The position numbers and the translations under genes are program-made. A model generated the notes under the pieces. It had not been told where the DNA came from. It did not search any database and saw only the letters and a list, made by a program, of their open reading frames with translations. Positions 47,523 through 57,585 of a DNA stretch of 64,000 nt are shown piece by piece; within the stretch, counting starts at the first letter, position 1, and every line of letters begins with the position of its first letter. Source of the DNA: a virus (Duplodnaviria; Caudoviricetes); the IMG/VR virus record IMGVR_UViG_3300044611_001018; one strand, written 5' to 3'.

Positions 47523-48234
47523 TGATTGTATCCAGAACGTTAATGGTTGGGAACCATCCAATACTAGTTAGGATTGTAGTATCTGCCACGTTGTCTTGTC
47601 TTTCCCCTGGGGTCAGTTCTCTAACTGGTAGGTGACCCATTCCCATTTTTTCTGCCAAGTCTTTAACATAAACAGATTTACCAGACCCAACAGGAACTGG
47701 ACCACAGATAGAACTACTGACAAGATAACGAATTGCTCGACAAACATCTTTAACATGAATCCAATCTCGTTTATGATTGGTAACATAGGTTGCAGTTTTA
47801 TCTTCAAGCATTCTATACATCATATCAGAACGACTATCTGGACCATAAACTGTAGTAAACCTCATCCCAACTGAATTTGGAGGTGCCATTTGTTCATTAA
47901 TCCATTTTGTCATCGCATAAGGATTCTCCCAATAATCTTCTTCTACTGCACTTGAAGACGCATATAAAAGTCTAGTATTTGTTTCTCTACACCAGTCAAA
48001 AAGTTTTTTAGATTTTACTACATTATTCTCATAAAACTTTTGTGGATTTTCTAGACTCTCTCTGATATTTGCAAACGCTGCAAGATGAATGACTAAATCA
48101 TAATTATCTTCAACAAAATTCTCAATATCATATGGAAAATCCATTCCCACAACTAAATGATTATGAGTAGTTTGCCAATCAGCAAACACATTCCTTCCTA
48201 TAAATCCCCTATGCCCAGTAATTAAAACTTTCAT
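47491..48234 (-). CDS. NAD-dependent nucleotide-sugar epimerase/dehydratase (WcaG-like)
   Basis: TGHRGFIG, HLAA, YASSS, PYAMTK (YxxxK). Confidence 0.88.
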   Translation of the reverse strand: MKVLITGHRGFIGRNVFADWQTTHNHLVVGMDFPYDIENFVEDNYDLVIHLAAFANIRESLENPQKFYENNVVKSKKLFDWCRETNTRLLYASSSAVEEDYWENPYAMTKWINEQMAPPNSVGMRFTTVYGPDSRSDMMYRMLEDKTATYVTNHKRDWIHVKDVCRAIRYLVSSSICGPVPVGSGKSVYVKDLAEKMGMGHLPVRELTPGERQDNVADTTILTSIGWFPTINVLDTINEHPQLATPL

Positions 48235-49943
48235 AATGATACTTTACTAAATCCTTTAATTTTTTCAAATTTTAAGACTTCAGAAAATTTATCCCTCATA
48301 CCTTCTTTGTGAGAGATTACAAAAGTATTCGCATCTTTAATAACATAACGAATAATTTTCATAAATTCATCTGTGCCAAATGTATCCAAAGAAGAATCAA
48401 AAGTCTCATCAAATATAATTAAATTGCAATTCAAAGAATTTTTAATTTTTGCAATTTCTATCCAAGTAAAAAGTAAAGCCAAATCAATTCTCATTCTTTC
48501 ACCTTCACTAAAAGAAGTATATGAAAAGTCATCATGAATCGGAGATTCAATGGACTCATTAAATTCTTCGTCAAGTTTAAAGTTAATAAAAAACTCCATC
48601 ATCTGTAAGTACTTATTTACCTGTGTATTAATTACTGGCAAGTACTTTTTAATAATTTGAGTTTTTACTCCACCATCCTTTAATAACTCTGATACAAAAT
48701 TATAATTAATTAAAAGATCTTTTTTAGAATCGGTCTCTTTACACAATTCTTCATATTGGTCTTCTAACTCTTTTAATTTTTCGTGTTCAGTATTTCTGTT
48801 TTTAAGTTGATTGGTAATAGTTTGAATTTCCTGTTCAAGGTCCCCGATTTGTCTTTGGTATCCAGAGATCTTAGTATTGATTTGAGAAATTTCATGCGTT
48901 AGGTTAGTTACCTCTTTAGATAGTGAAGTAAAGTGACGCTCTCGATCTTCCTCCTCTTTAATTGCCTCCTCTAGTTCTTTGTAACCAGACTGCAACTCTT
49001 TTGCTCTATTTTGGGCGTCACTAATTTTATTTATCCTAAAATCCTCTTCAATAGATTGAGTACAAGTTGGGCAAACCGTATTACTAGTAAAGAACTTGTG
49101 GTCTTCTATTACAGTTGTGATTTTTTGAGATAACTTTCCCTTTAAATTGCCAAGTTTACGCAACTTATCATTTGCACCAGAAAATTCAACTAATTGCTCT
49201 TGTTTTTTAACTAAAGAATCTTCTAAAGTAAGAGAGTCAGTCAGCAATTTTTCATTTTCTTCTCTTATATTTTTAATTACATTATTTTTATTTTCAATAT
49301 CTTTCTTTCCAATATTTTCAATCTGTTCGATAAAACTTTTTTGCATGTTAAGTTTATCTTGAATAGATTCTCTTTTATATTCCAAATTTTTAATTTCATC
49401 TCTACACGTTTTAACTCTATCCTTTAAGACAGAATTCATTGATGAAAAGATTTTAATATCCAAAAGGTCTTCAATGACTTCTCTTCTAGTTGCTGCTGCC
49501 AACTGCATAAAAGGAACAAAATTGCTACTACCCAAAATAACAATTTGAGTAAAAGACTTGTAGTTCATTTTTAGAACAATACTTTCCAACCAAGTTTGCT
49601 GGTCTTTACTAGCAGCTTCTTGATTTAAAAGTTCGCCATTTTTATAAATTTCAAAAATCGTAGGTTTAAGACCCCTAACAATCTTCCAAGCATTAGTTCC
49701 TATTTTAAATTCAATTTCAACCAAACAATCTTTTTCATTTACAGAATTAATTAATTGTGGTTTGTTAACGCCCCTAAAAGATTTTCCAAACAAAGAAAAA
49801 GTCAAGGCATCAAGGATCGTACTTTTTCCAGATCCATTGTTACCAATAATTAAAGTGGTGGGTGACTTTGCTAGGTCAATTTCAGTAAATTGATTACCAG
49901 TGCTTAAAAAGTTTTTATAGCGAATTTTTTCAAATAATATCAT
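48231..49943 (-). CDS. gp46: Recombination endonuclease ATPase subunit (Rad50-like)
   Basis: GNNGSGKS, FSEGE, IFDETFDSSLD. Confidence 0.95.
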   Translation of the reverse strand: MILFEKIRYKNFLSTGNQFTEIDLAKSPTTLIIGNNGSGKSTILDALTFSLFGKSFRGVNKPQLINSVNEKDCLVEIEFKIGTNAWKIVRGLKPTIFEIYKNGELLNQEAASKDQQTWLESIVLKMNYKSFTQIVILGSSNFVPFMQLAAATRREVIEDLLDIKIFSSMNSVLKDRVKTCRDEIKNLEYKRESIQDKLNMQKSFIEQIENIGKKDIENKNNVIKNIREENEKLLTDSLTLEDSLVKKQEQLVEFSGANDKLRKLGNLKGKLSQKITTVIEDHKFFTSNTVCPTCTQSIEEDFRINKISDAQNRAKELQSGYKELEEAIKEEEDRERHFTSLSKEVTNLTHEISQINTKISGYQRQIGDLEQEIQTITNQLKNRNTEHEKLKELEDQYEELCKETDSKKDLLINYNFVSELLKDGGVKTQIIKKYLPVINTQVNKYLQMMEFFINFKLDEEFNESIESPIHDDFSYTSFSEGERMRIDLALLFTWIEIAKIKNSLNCNLIIFDETFDSSLDTFGTDEFMKIIRYVIKDANTFVISHKEGMRDKFSEVLKFEKIKGFSKVSL

Positions 49944-50199
49944 TTTGTTCTGGAGGAATTACAATGTCATTTGCAGTAATAATTGCATATTCATAGCGAT
50001 TAATTTCGCATGTTTTTATAATTAAATCATCATCTATTTCAATCACTACTAGTGATGGATAATCATCTTCTTCTAACATCATTGCAAATCTTACAGCATC
50101 GTCTTCTTCTTCAAAGAGGTAAAGAATTTGTTGACCTTTTTGGTTGGTTACAGAATAAGCACCTTGCTCTTCTCTACCTTCTAAAGTAAGAATGTACAT
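49930..50199 (-). CDS. Hypothetical protein resembling cyanobacterial DUF3110
   Basis: GAYSV..LYLFEEEDDAVRFA.MLE.DDYP..VIEID...C...Y..IPP pattern, recalled by eye. Confidence 0.5.
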   Translation of the reverse strand: MYILTLEGREEQGAYSVTNQKGQQILYLFEEEDDAVRFAMMLEEDDYPSLVVIEIDDDLIIKTCEINRYEYAIITANDIVIPPEQNDII

Positions 50200-50200
50200 G

Positions 50201-51247
50201 TTAGATTAACTCACAAGCTTGTTTATATACTTGTTGAATGATTCTTTTTACAGATGCTTTATTTATTGAGTCTTCAAAATCATCAACATACTTATTTAAA
50301 ATAGATACTGTATCTTCCGATTCTAAATCATATTCTTCATTTAAAGTTGTCGAGTCTGCGAAAGATTCTACAATTTTTAATTCTGCAATATTTGTTAGAT
50401 AAAGTTTGTCAATAAATTTTTCAAATTTTTTTTCATCTGTCTTTTTCTTGACTATCAATTTTACAATTTTATTTTCATAATTTCTTACATCAAATGTTTG
50501 ATAATTATTATCATCATAATAAATTGTTTCATGCATCGTATAAGGATTATTTACTGACTGTAAAGAACGAGTTTCTGTGTCAAAAATATGAAATCCACGA
50601 GTATCTCCAATATCATTAGAGTATATTTCGTATGGATTACCCAAGTAAAAAACCTTACCATTATCAGAGCGAGTGTGGTAATGTCCAGAAAAAACTAATT
50701 CAAATTTATCAAACAACTTAGAATCCATACCTTCTTGCATAGTAAAACCACGGTATGGTGGAAATCCAGAAAGTTCAAGATGCCCCATAGCACATGTACA
50801 ATTCGTAGATTTTACTGTTTTAAATGTTTCCTCAAAATTTCCTTCATTAATCCAAGGAATAAAAAGAACTTTGAGTTTATCAAGTTGTACTTCTGTTGGT
50901 TTGGAATATACCTTTACGTTTTCATATTCTCTTAAAAGAAGATCTACAGCATTAATCTCATTAGTATTCTTGTAATATGCTGTATGATTACCAACTATTG
51001 TATGAACAGTAACTCCAATTTTTTCTAAATTGTCGTAATAATTATCTTTTGCCCATGCAAGAGCAGCAAAATCAATTCCCTTTCTACTATCAAAAGTATC
51101 TCCCATATCTACAACGGTTTTAATACCATTTTTGATTAGGGTTGGGAAAAAGATATCATTATAAAATTTTAAAAAATAATCATGAAAAAGTTTAGAGTTT
51201 TTACGAGCACCAAAATGTTGGTCTGTAATAATTGCTACTTTCATCAA
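50201..51247 (-). CDS. gp47: Recombination endonuclease nuclease subunit (Mre11-like)
   Basis: TDQHFG, MGDTFD, GNH, GHLE, SGHYH. Confidence 0.95.
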   Translation of the reverse strand: MMKVAIITDQHFGARKNSKLFHDYFLKFYNDIFFPTLIKNGIKTVVDMGDTFDSRKGIDFAALAWAKDNYYDNLEKIGVTVHTIVGNHTAYYKNTNEINAVDLLLREYENVKVYSKPTEVQLDKLKVLFIPWINEGNFEETFKTVKSTNCTCAMGHLELSGFPPYRGFTMQEGMDSKLFDKFELVFSGHYHTRSDNGKVFYLGNPYEIYSNDIGDTRGFHIFDTETRSLQSVNNPYTMHETIYYDDNNYQTFDVRNYENKIVKLIVKKKTDEKKFEKFIDKLYLTNIAELKIVESFADSTTLNEEYDLESEDTVSILNKYVDDFEDSINKASVKRIIQQVYKQACELI

Positions 51248-51738
51248 TATCTAGATTTGGAATGAATATTATCCTTAATGGAATTATAGTCAGAATAATT
51301 CATACCGTCAATGAGGTTATCATCAAAAAAGACTTCATCAAATCCAGTCCTTTCCAAAATTTTATTTTTAATTTCTAATTGCTTTTTCTCTTTTTGAATT
51401 CTACGCAAAAAAGCATAGTGTATAATCTGAGTAAAATAAGCAAAGGGATTTTGAGATTTCTCTGGATCAAAATTATGAATGTACATCACACAATTTTCTA
51501 TGCCATCAGAAATCATATCATCTTTAAAGATGTAATTGACAAAATTAGGTTTAAATGATAGATGAGTTGCTATTTTTAAAAAGCACTCTCCCAAATAATT
51601 TGTAATTTGTGGTTTAGGATCTCCACGCTCTTGAGCTGCACTCAACTGCTTTCTATACTCAATCAAAGCTAAAAGAAATTCCTTGTTATTAACGTAGTGA
51701 ATTGATCTCTTTCTTTTAGGCACTGCCTGGATACCCAT
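51244..51738 (-). CDS. gp55: Late transcription sigma factor
   Basis: HYVNNKEFL, IATHLSFKPNFVNY, NPFAYFTQI..AFLRRI. Confidence 0.95.
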   Translation of the reverse strand: MGIQAVPKRKRSIHYVNNKEFLLALIEYRKQLSAAQERGDPKPQITNYLGECFLKIATHLSFKPNFVNYIFKDDMISDGIENCVMYIHNFDPEKSQNPFAYFTQIIHYAFLRRIQKEKKQLEIKNKILERTGFDEVFFDDNLIDGMNYSDYNSIKDNIHSKSRY

Positions 51739-51795
51739 AAAATAACTTTATTAATTGTTCAAATTATAACACTATTATACGAGAAGAATCAAGGC

Positions 51796-51825
51796 TTGAC
51801 AGAGGTATCCAAAAATGGGTATAAT
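51796..51825 (+). promoter_or_regulatory. Consensus sigma70 promoter on the antisense strand
   Basis: TTGACA-N18-TATAAT pointing into the uvsW operon; an opposite-strand TATAAT at 51774-51779 faces gp55. Confidence 0.55.
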
Positions 51826-51853
51826 AGCATTGTTGCGCTTTCAAGTTTATATA

Positions 51854-52261
51854 TTAACTATTTTTATAGAGTTTTTCTAATATCTCTTTAGCATCATTAA
51901 CATTAGAGATATATCCCATCTTTCTATTAATTTTTTTTCTAATACCGTGAGGATTATCTTTAGGATCAAAATCAGTAGATTCTCTAATCCATGATTGATA
52001 CATAATAATCATTTCAACGTCCTTTGATTCGCTTAGTGTAAGGACATCATCCATATCAAGAATAAACATATCTTCCTTAGTTGTTTTTAACCAGGGTTCT
52101 AATTTATATCCAGTTACTCCTTTTCTAGTTGTAATTTCAGATACTGTAATTGGATGTGTTATGAGTAATAAGGTTTTGTCTTGTTCAAAGCAAGGCATTA
52201 CTTTTGAAAATATCTCTTCTCCACTTTTTAACTTAACTGTTGCATAAAAATCGTCTTCCAT
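51854..52261 (-). CDS. Sm-like fold hypothetical protein
   Basis: ATVKLKSGEEIFSKV...LEPWL. Confidence 0.55.
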   Translation of the reverse strand: MEDDFYATVKLKSGEEIFSKVMPCFEQDKTLLLITHPITVSEITTRKGVTGYKLEPWLKTTKEDMFILDMDDVLTLSESKDVEMIIMYQSWIRESTDFDPKDNPHGIRKKINRKMGYISNVNDAKEILEKLYKNS

Positions 52262-52263
52262 AA

Positions 52264-53736
52264 TTATTCCTTTAAGTTAATTGTTATTATTTCATAATTA
52301 AACTTTTCTTCATTATAAATTTTAATTCTTTCTATTAAATGATTCAAAGTATAATTTTTTCTTGAATTATATGTGCAATCATCAGATATGTCATATAACA
52401 TTGCTTTAGTTTTATTTTTACCCTTCCTAAGAACTCTTCCGATAGATTGGAGATTACGAATTCTAGACTTACTCGGAGAGGCAAAAATTACATTGTGTAG
52501 GTTTCTTATATTTATTCCTGTAGAAAATACACCATATGAAGCAATAATGATTGCATCTTCTTCTCGTTCCGTTATTTCTCTAACAAGTTCTCTCTCTTCA
52601 GTATCAACACCACCATGAATAAAAAATACTTTTCTATTTGCTTTTTTAGCATTATATATTAATTCATACAAAGGTTTTCCATGAGTCTCAACCCTTGAGA
52701 ATAAAATAAGAGTATTGCCTTTTAGATCTAGGGATAAATTTTTAATAAAATTATTCCTTTTATCATGAGAAATTATAAATTGAACTTCATCTTCATATGT
52801 TGCAAATATTCTTGGTTTATGCTTTAATACTAAACATCTAATATCTAATTTTGATACGTGCCCTTTCTCCATCAACTCTGAAGTTCTTATAATTTTATAA
52901 GATGGACCAAATAATCCTTCAAGGACCCATTTATGAGTTTGGGTTCCATCTAAAGTTCCTGTAAATCCAAATCTATACTTTGCATGATGTAGCTTTGTCA
53001 TGATTTGTATTAATGATTTAGATTTAAATAAATGAGCTTCATCGCCAATTACAACATCAAAGTCTTCAAAGAAACCTCTTTCAAGTTTATAAATTGATTG
53101 CCAAGTAGTAATTGTTACTGGAGAGTTATTAGTTTTTTCCCTACCAGAATAAATTTTGTGACAGTACGATGAAGCATCCCAACTATAATCCTCAAAATCT
53201 TTGTACATCTGCTCTACAAGAGATGTCGTTGGAACAACTACAAGAATTTTTTGCCCTCTCTCCACATAATATCTTACGAGAGAGTAAATCATCAAAGATT
53301 TGCCAGATGCAGTGGGACTTATCAATAATTTTCTATTATGTTTTAGAGCATCGTATACTCCCTCTATTTGATAATCTCTAGGAACATGAGAACAAATAGA
53401 TTTCATATAATCTTTGACACCTTCATATGAAATGCCATCATTAACTTCAAATGGCATCCCATAGAATTTATTATCTTCAAATTTGTAATTGTAATTATAA
53501 TTACCACAAAAAGAAATTAATTTATCTAATAAACCTACGTAGAGTTGTTTGGTTCTAATATCAAATAAATGTATTTCTCCATTCCAATTTCTACCTCTAT
53601 ATTGAGGCATAAATTTTGCATTAGGGACTTCAAATTTAAAATAGTCCCTTAATTCATATTCTATGTGGGGTTCACATGTAATTTTTAAATATACTTCGTT
53701 TGATTTTGAAATCAAAAGATCAAAGTTATCAACCAT
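52264..53736 (-). CDS. uvsW: SF2 RNA/DNA helicase
   Basis: SPTASGKS, DEAH, TGT, STGINI, QSIGRVLR. Confidence 0.95.
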   Translation of the reverse strand: MVDNFDLLISKSNEVYLKITCEPHIEYELRDYFKFEVPNAKFMPQYRGRNWNGEIHLFDIRTKQLYVGLLDKLISFCGNYNYNYKFEDNKFYGMPFEVNDGISYEGVKDYMKSICSHVPRDYQIEGVYDALKHNRKLLISPTASGKSLMIYSLVRYYVERGQKILVVVPTTSLVEQMYKDFEDYSWDASSYCHKIYSGREKTNNSPVTITTWQSIYKLERGFFEDFDVVIGDEAHLFKSKSLIQIMTKLHHAKYRFGFTGTLDGTQTHKWVLEGLFGPSYKIIRTSELMEKGHVSKLDIRCLVLKHKPRIFATYEDEVQFIISHDKRNNFIKNLSLDLKGNTLILFSRVETHGKPLYELIYNAKKANRKVFFIHGGVDTEERELVREITEREEDAIIIASYGVFSTGINIRNLHNVIFASPSKSRIRNLQSIGRVLRKGKNKTKAMLYDISDDCTYNSRKNYTLNHLIERIKIYNEEKFNYEIITINLKE

Positions 53737-54166
53737 ATCCTGCTTGGAATTTTAAGAATTCAATAGCATTCTTTATTTGGTATGTTCTGTTTTGAATTAC
53801 CTTTAGAATACTTTCTAAGTAGTTTAAAATTGTTTCGTAATACTCAACTTTTAAACTAATTTGAGACAACTTTTCATCTGCATCCAAGTATTTTTGAAGA
53901 GTATCTTTATCTCTAATTTTTTTAGGGAAGGGATATTCTACGTAAACTTCTGGGTCTGCTTTACCAGTAAAATATTCATAACGCTCGTGACGAATATTTT
54001 TTCTTTGTTGTTCTGCTTTCTTTTTAAGAAGAATTACATTGTTGTAAATCTCAAAGTATTTAGCATGTAACAACGGAACATTAATTGATTCAGTATGTAA
54101 GTTATCCATATCAATGTGAGCATCCTTTTCCCACATTTGTTGGATTTGTTCAAGGTCAAGAATCAT
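53729..54166 (-). CDS. uvsY: Recombination mediator
   Basis: W.KDA.ID..LHAKY..YLDAD..IKNAIEF; position between gp3 and uvsW. Confidence 0.85.
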   Translation of the reverse strand: MILDLEQIQQMWEKDAHIDMDNLHTESINVPLLHAKYFEIYNNVILLKKKAEQQRKNIRHERYEYFTGKADPEVYVEYPFPKKIRDKDTLQKYLDADEKLSQISLKVEYYETILNYLESILKVIQNRTYQIKNAIEFLKFQAGYG

Positions 54167-54726
54167 AATTTATTTCCTTTTGGGTCATATATATCGTAAA
54201 TAGTATACTTGAAAGATACCTCTGCAGTAAAGTATTCTACATCTGGATTGGTAGCATCAAATGTTAATTCTGACAAATCATATGGAAACATATCTTTAAA
54301 TATAACATCAAACTGTGGTCTTTGATTGCTATTCAAAATTTGCAAAGTTCCATCAGAATAAATGTTCATGGATTTGCTATCAAATCCTAACTGAGTATTA
54401 TCTTGTTTTTGTAAGTTATAAATTTCTTCTAATGACTCTGGAAATCCAAGACCACGCATCCATCTTTGAATCTCCATATAATTTTCTAAATTCTCATCTA
54501 CAATAAATCTTAGAGTAAAATCTTGAAATACTATTTTATCTCCTGGAATATCAATATTTTTTAGATAAGTTGGTTGCTCTGCAACACCTAAAGTCATTCC
54601 TGGTATATTTGCAGAGTTAGAAAAGAATGATACTTTACGTGCTCTATTCAAAGTAAATTTGAATGCAATAGAAGATAGAAAATTTCTATTTTGGATTTGA
54701 TTACTATAAAGATTACCTGTAGTCAT
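54163..54726 (-). CDS. gp3: Tail completion / sheath stabiliser protein
   Basis: NFLS..FKF..ANIPG.TLG..PGDK..F.VDE.L.NY.EI..W; CTAAATA at 54738-54744. Confidence 0.85.
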   Translation of the reverse strand: MTTGNLYSNQIQNRNFLSSIAFKFTLNRARKVSFFSNSANIPGMTLGVAEQPTYLKNIDIPGDKIVFQDFTLRFIVDENLENYMEIQRWMRGLGFPESLEEIYNLQKQDNTQLGFDSKSMNIYSDGTLQILNSNQRPQFDVIFKDMFPYDLSELTFDATNPDVEYFTAEVSFKYTIYDIYDPKGNKL

Positions 54727-54746
54727 TGTTTTCTAACTATTTAGAT

Positions 54747-54773
54747 AAAAAAAGAGACCCTTTCGGGTCTCTT
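54747..54773 (-). terminator. gp23 terminator
   Basis: agagaccc-gaaa-gggtctct plus T tract. Confidence 0.85.
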
Positions 54774-54792
54774 GATTAAATTGTGACCAGAC

Positions 54793-56202
54793 TCACATGA
54801 GGTTCTTGATTTGAACTCTTCTGTAGTAACGGTTTGCGTTAACTTGAAGTCTGCCGAGACCCTGAGTGGTGCCTTCAGCGAATGGGTTAGCAACAAGACC
54901 GTATCTGGTCTTAAAGCCAATCTTAGGCTGGAAGGTGTTCTCACCAACGGCACGAACCATTTGGAGAGGAACGTAAGGGCAATAGAACAGACCTGCATCA
55001 TAAGGGGAAGAACCCTTATAACCAACAACGTAGTACTGGTTAGCAGATACGTTTGCTGAATAAGGATCGATATATACGCGATACTTACCAAGCAGAACAC
55101 CCGCAAAGGTGTTACCAGTGTCATCAACGTTGAGGTTTGCGTTCAGAGCAGGAGTGTAATCAAGTACACCAGCCATGCTCAGTGCAGAAGCAACGTCTGC
55201 GGAACACATAACAACGTTACCCTTTCCTCTACGAGTTCTTTGTGCGATTGCGTTAGCATCACGCTCGATTTGGAACAGGAGACCCTTGAACTTTTCAACT
55301 GACCAACGACCATTGGAGTCGATGTCGAGGTCGAATACACCAGCGGTAGCAGTGTTAGCAGCAGCACCTTGCTCAGCAACCTTGTAGATGGTTCTGATGA
55401 CTTCTCTGTTGATTTCTGCGAGGATTTCAGTAGAGAGAATGTTAGCAAGTTCTGCTTCTGCATTCAGACCGTGAATTGCCTTCAGGTCTTGTGCAAGCTC
55501 AAGACTGTATTCTGCCTTCAGTGCTCTTGACTTTGCTTCAACAAGGACTTTCTCAATTGAGAATGCCATTTCGTTGAACTGGTTACCTGCACCGTTACCG
55601 AGATTCTCAGAATCTCCAGTGTACATACCCTGACCAACGTTGTAACCATCAGAACCAGTTGAAGAACCAGTACCAACTGGGTTCAGAAGACCTGGGTTTG
55701 AACCATACTGAGTAGTAGTACCCATACCAGCAGCAACGTTAGTTGCAGCGGTGAGACCAATACCAGAGTTCTGACCAGAGAATACTGTATCTGCTTCGTT
55801 AAACAGAGCTTCAGTGCCGCTCTGGTTGGTGTAGCGTGAACGCATTGCGAAGATGAGTCCAGTAGGACCACTCATTGGTTGAACGCCTGCGAGGTCATAT
55901 GCGACCAGGTTAGGCATTGCACGTCTGATGAGTGAAATCAGAACTGGATCAAAACCTGCTACAGGACCTGCAGCAGTAGCGGAACCTGAGAAACCACCTG
56001 AAGCACCAGCAGCGTTTCCGCTATTGGTTGGGGATTCCATCAGCATTCCATTTGAGAAAGCTGATTGCTCTCTCAGGAATTTTTCTTGGTTTTCTAACAG
56101 GACAGCGGTTACTGCTCTTCTGTGTGAATCTTTGATTGGATCAAGACCATCATAGTCGAGAAGTGGTGCCCACTTTTCCTGCAGATGCTCGGATTGGAAC
56201 AT
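54793..56202 (-). CDS. gp23: Major capsid protein
   Basis: LQEKWAPLLD, GVQPMSGPTGLIFAMR, KSRALKAEYSLELAQDLKAIHG, QPKIGFKTRYG. Confidence 0.98.
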   Translation of the reverse strand: MFQSEHLQEKWAPLLDYDGLDPIKDSHRRAVTAVLLENQEKFLREQSAFSNGMLMESPTNSGNAAGASGGFSGSATAAGPVAGFDPVLISLIRRAMPNLVAYDLAGVQPMSGPTGLIFAMRSRYTNQSGTEALFNEADTVFSGQNSGIGLTAATNVAAGMGTTTQYGSNPGLLNPVGTGSSTGSDGYNVGQGMYTGDSENLGNGAGNQFNEMAFSIEKVLVEAKSRALKAEYSLELAQDLKAIHGLNAEAELANILSTEILAEINREVIRTIYKVAEQGAAANTATAGVFDLDIDSNGRWSVEKFKGLLFQIERDANAIAQRTRRGKGNVVMCSADVASALSMAGVLDYTPALNANLNVDDTGNTFAGVLLGKYRVYIDPYSANVSANQYYVVGYKGSSPYDAGLFYCPYVPLQMVRAVGENTFQPKIGFKTRYGLVANPFAEGTTQGLGRLQVNANRYYRRVQIKNLM

Positions 56203-56251
56203 TTGCTTTTACCTTTGTAACGTGTTTGGTTTTGTTTGAATTATATTAAAT

Positions 56252-57511
56252 TCACTTTTTAGCAACTGCTGAAAGTGTTCTGAGATATGAATTCATATAT
56301 TCTGAGGTATAACCAGCAGAATTTAGTTCAACCTCTTCAATTAAACTTTCGGTTTTTGCCTTTGGAGTTTTCTGTGATGAGAAGTATGATTCTCTCAACA
56401 TCTCCAGTTTTTCACGATATTTTTCTCCACTTTCAAACTCAACACTTTCGGCAAGTGAAGCGAGCTTCTCTTTCTGAGAGAGTGCTAGACCCTCTGCTAC
56501 ATCATCAAAGATTCCTTCAGCAACCGACTCTGAGAGGCGCTTGTTTAAAGTAATATTCTTTTCAATCTGCTCGTTGAGTTTTGTCTCCATTTCATCAAGT
56601 TTTTCTACCATGCTCTCAAGAACATCATATTTATCTTCAGGGATTGATACATAATGTGCTTCAAAAAGTTCCTTCATACCTGAGAGGAATGATTCAGTCA
56701 TTTCTGACTTCAGACCGTTCTCAACTACAAGTTGATTTTCGGTCATCCATTCCTCAGCAACGTACTCAAGATATGAATCAACTCTTTCTTCAAGAGCTGA
56801 TTTAATTTCTTGTACTTCTTCTACAAGTCTTGCTTCGTATGCTTCATCATACTGAGTAATGAGTGCTTCTTTGATCTCAGTAACTTTTGATCTTAGAGCA
56901 GCTTCAAAGATGGTACGTGCCTTCTCTTGGAATTCCTCAGAGAGGTCTTCACCATCTAGAAGAGCATTAACATCTTCTTCAATGTCAAACTCTTCTTCTT
57001 CTTCTTCTTCCTCTTCGTCTTCGTCTTCGTCTTCTTCAACCTCTTCCTTCATCTTCTTCTTCTTTTTGTCCTCACCCTTCTCATCTTCATCTTCACCTTC
57101 TTCATCCTCTTCATCCTCTTCATCTTCTTCTGCAGCTTCTGCTACAATCTCTTCATCTTCAAGAATCTCTTCTTCATCAAGGAGATCTTCAGAATCTACT
57201 TCTTCCTCTTCCTTAACAGCATCGCTCTTCTTAAGACCTTTCATTGGGTCTGCTGCCTTAGCGCCCTTGTTAACAACATTTCTTACTTGTTGAAGGGTTT
57301 TGCCTGGAGTTTTGAGTTCTGCAGAATTATCATCTGAACGATAATTTTCTGGAGTAGGACCACCAAGGTCTTCCCAAGAACCTGTTTGACCTGCTACTGC
57401 GCCAGGAGCGAGCTTTTGCATTGGATCGCCTGCCTTTGCACCTGCATTGACAGCGGTCGAGGATTGCTTTGTGCCTGCTTCCATTTCGTGTAAATTGTTG
57501 CCACTAGACAT
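56252..57511 (-). CDS. gp22: Prohead core scaffold protein
   Basis: Long acidic tract; F.EKA.TIFEAA; YLEYV.EEWM.EN; position between gp21 and gp23. Confidence 0.92.
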   Translation of the reverse strand: MSSGNNLHEMEAGTKQSSTAVNAGAKAGDPMQKLAPGAVAGQTGSWEDLGGPTPENYRSDDNSAELKTPGKTLQQVRNVVNKGAKAADPMKGLKKSDAVKEEEEVDSEDLLDEEEILEDEEIVAEAAEEDEEDEEDEEGEDEDEKGEDKKKKKMKEEVEEDEDEDEEEEEEEEEFDIEEDVNALLDGEDLSEEFQEKARTIFEAALRSKVTEIKEALITQYDEAYEARLVEEVQEIKSALEERVDSYLEYVAEEWMTENQLVVENGLKSEMTESFLSGMKELFEAHYVSIPEDKYDVLESMVEKLDEMETKLNEQIEKNITLNKRLSESVAEGIFDDVAEGLALSQKEKLASLAESVEFESGEKYREKLEMLRESYFSSQKTPKAKTESLIEEVELNSAGYTSEYMNSYLRTLSAVAKK

Positions 57512-57585
57512 TTGGACTCTCCGATTAACCTTAATGAATTTAATCTATATTTATTTATTAAATTAGAATTTTTACCTATATATGC

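Noticed and set aside
56859-57293. Poly-Ser plus-strand ORF and (CTT/TCT)n tract
   Set aside because: Reverse complement of the Glu/Asp tract of scaffold gp22; ordinary low-complexity coding sequence
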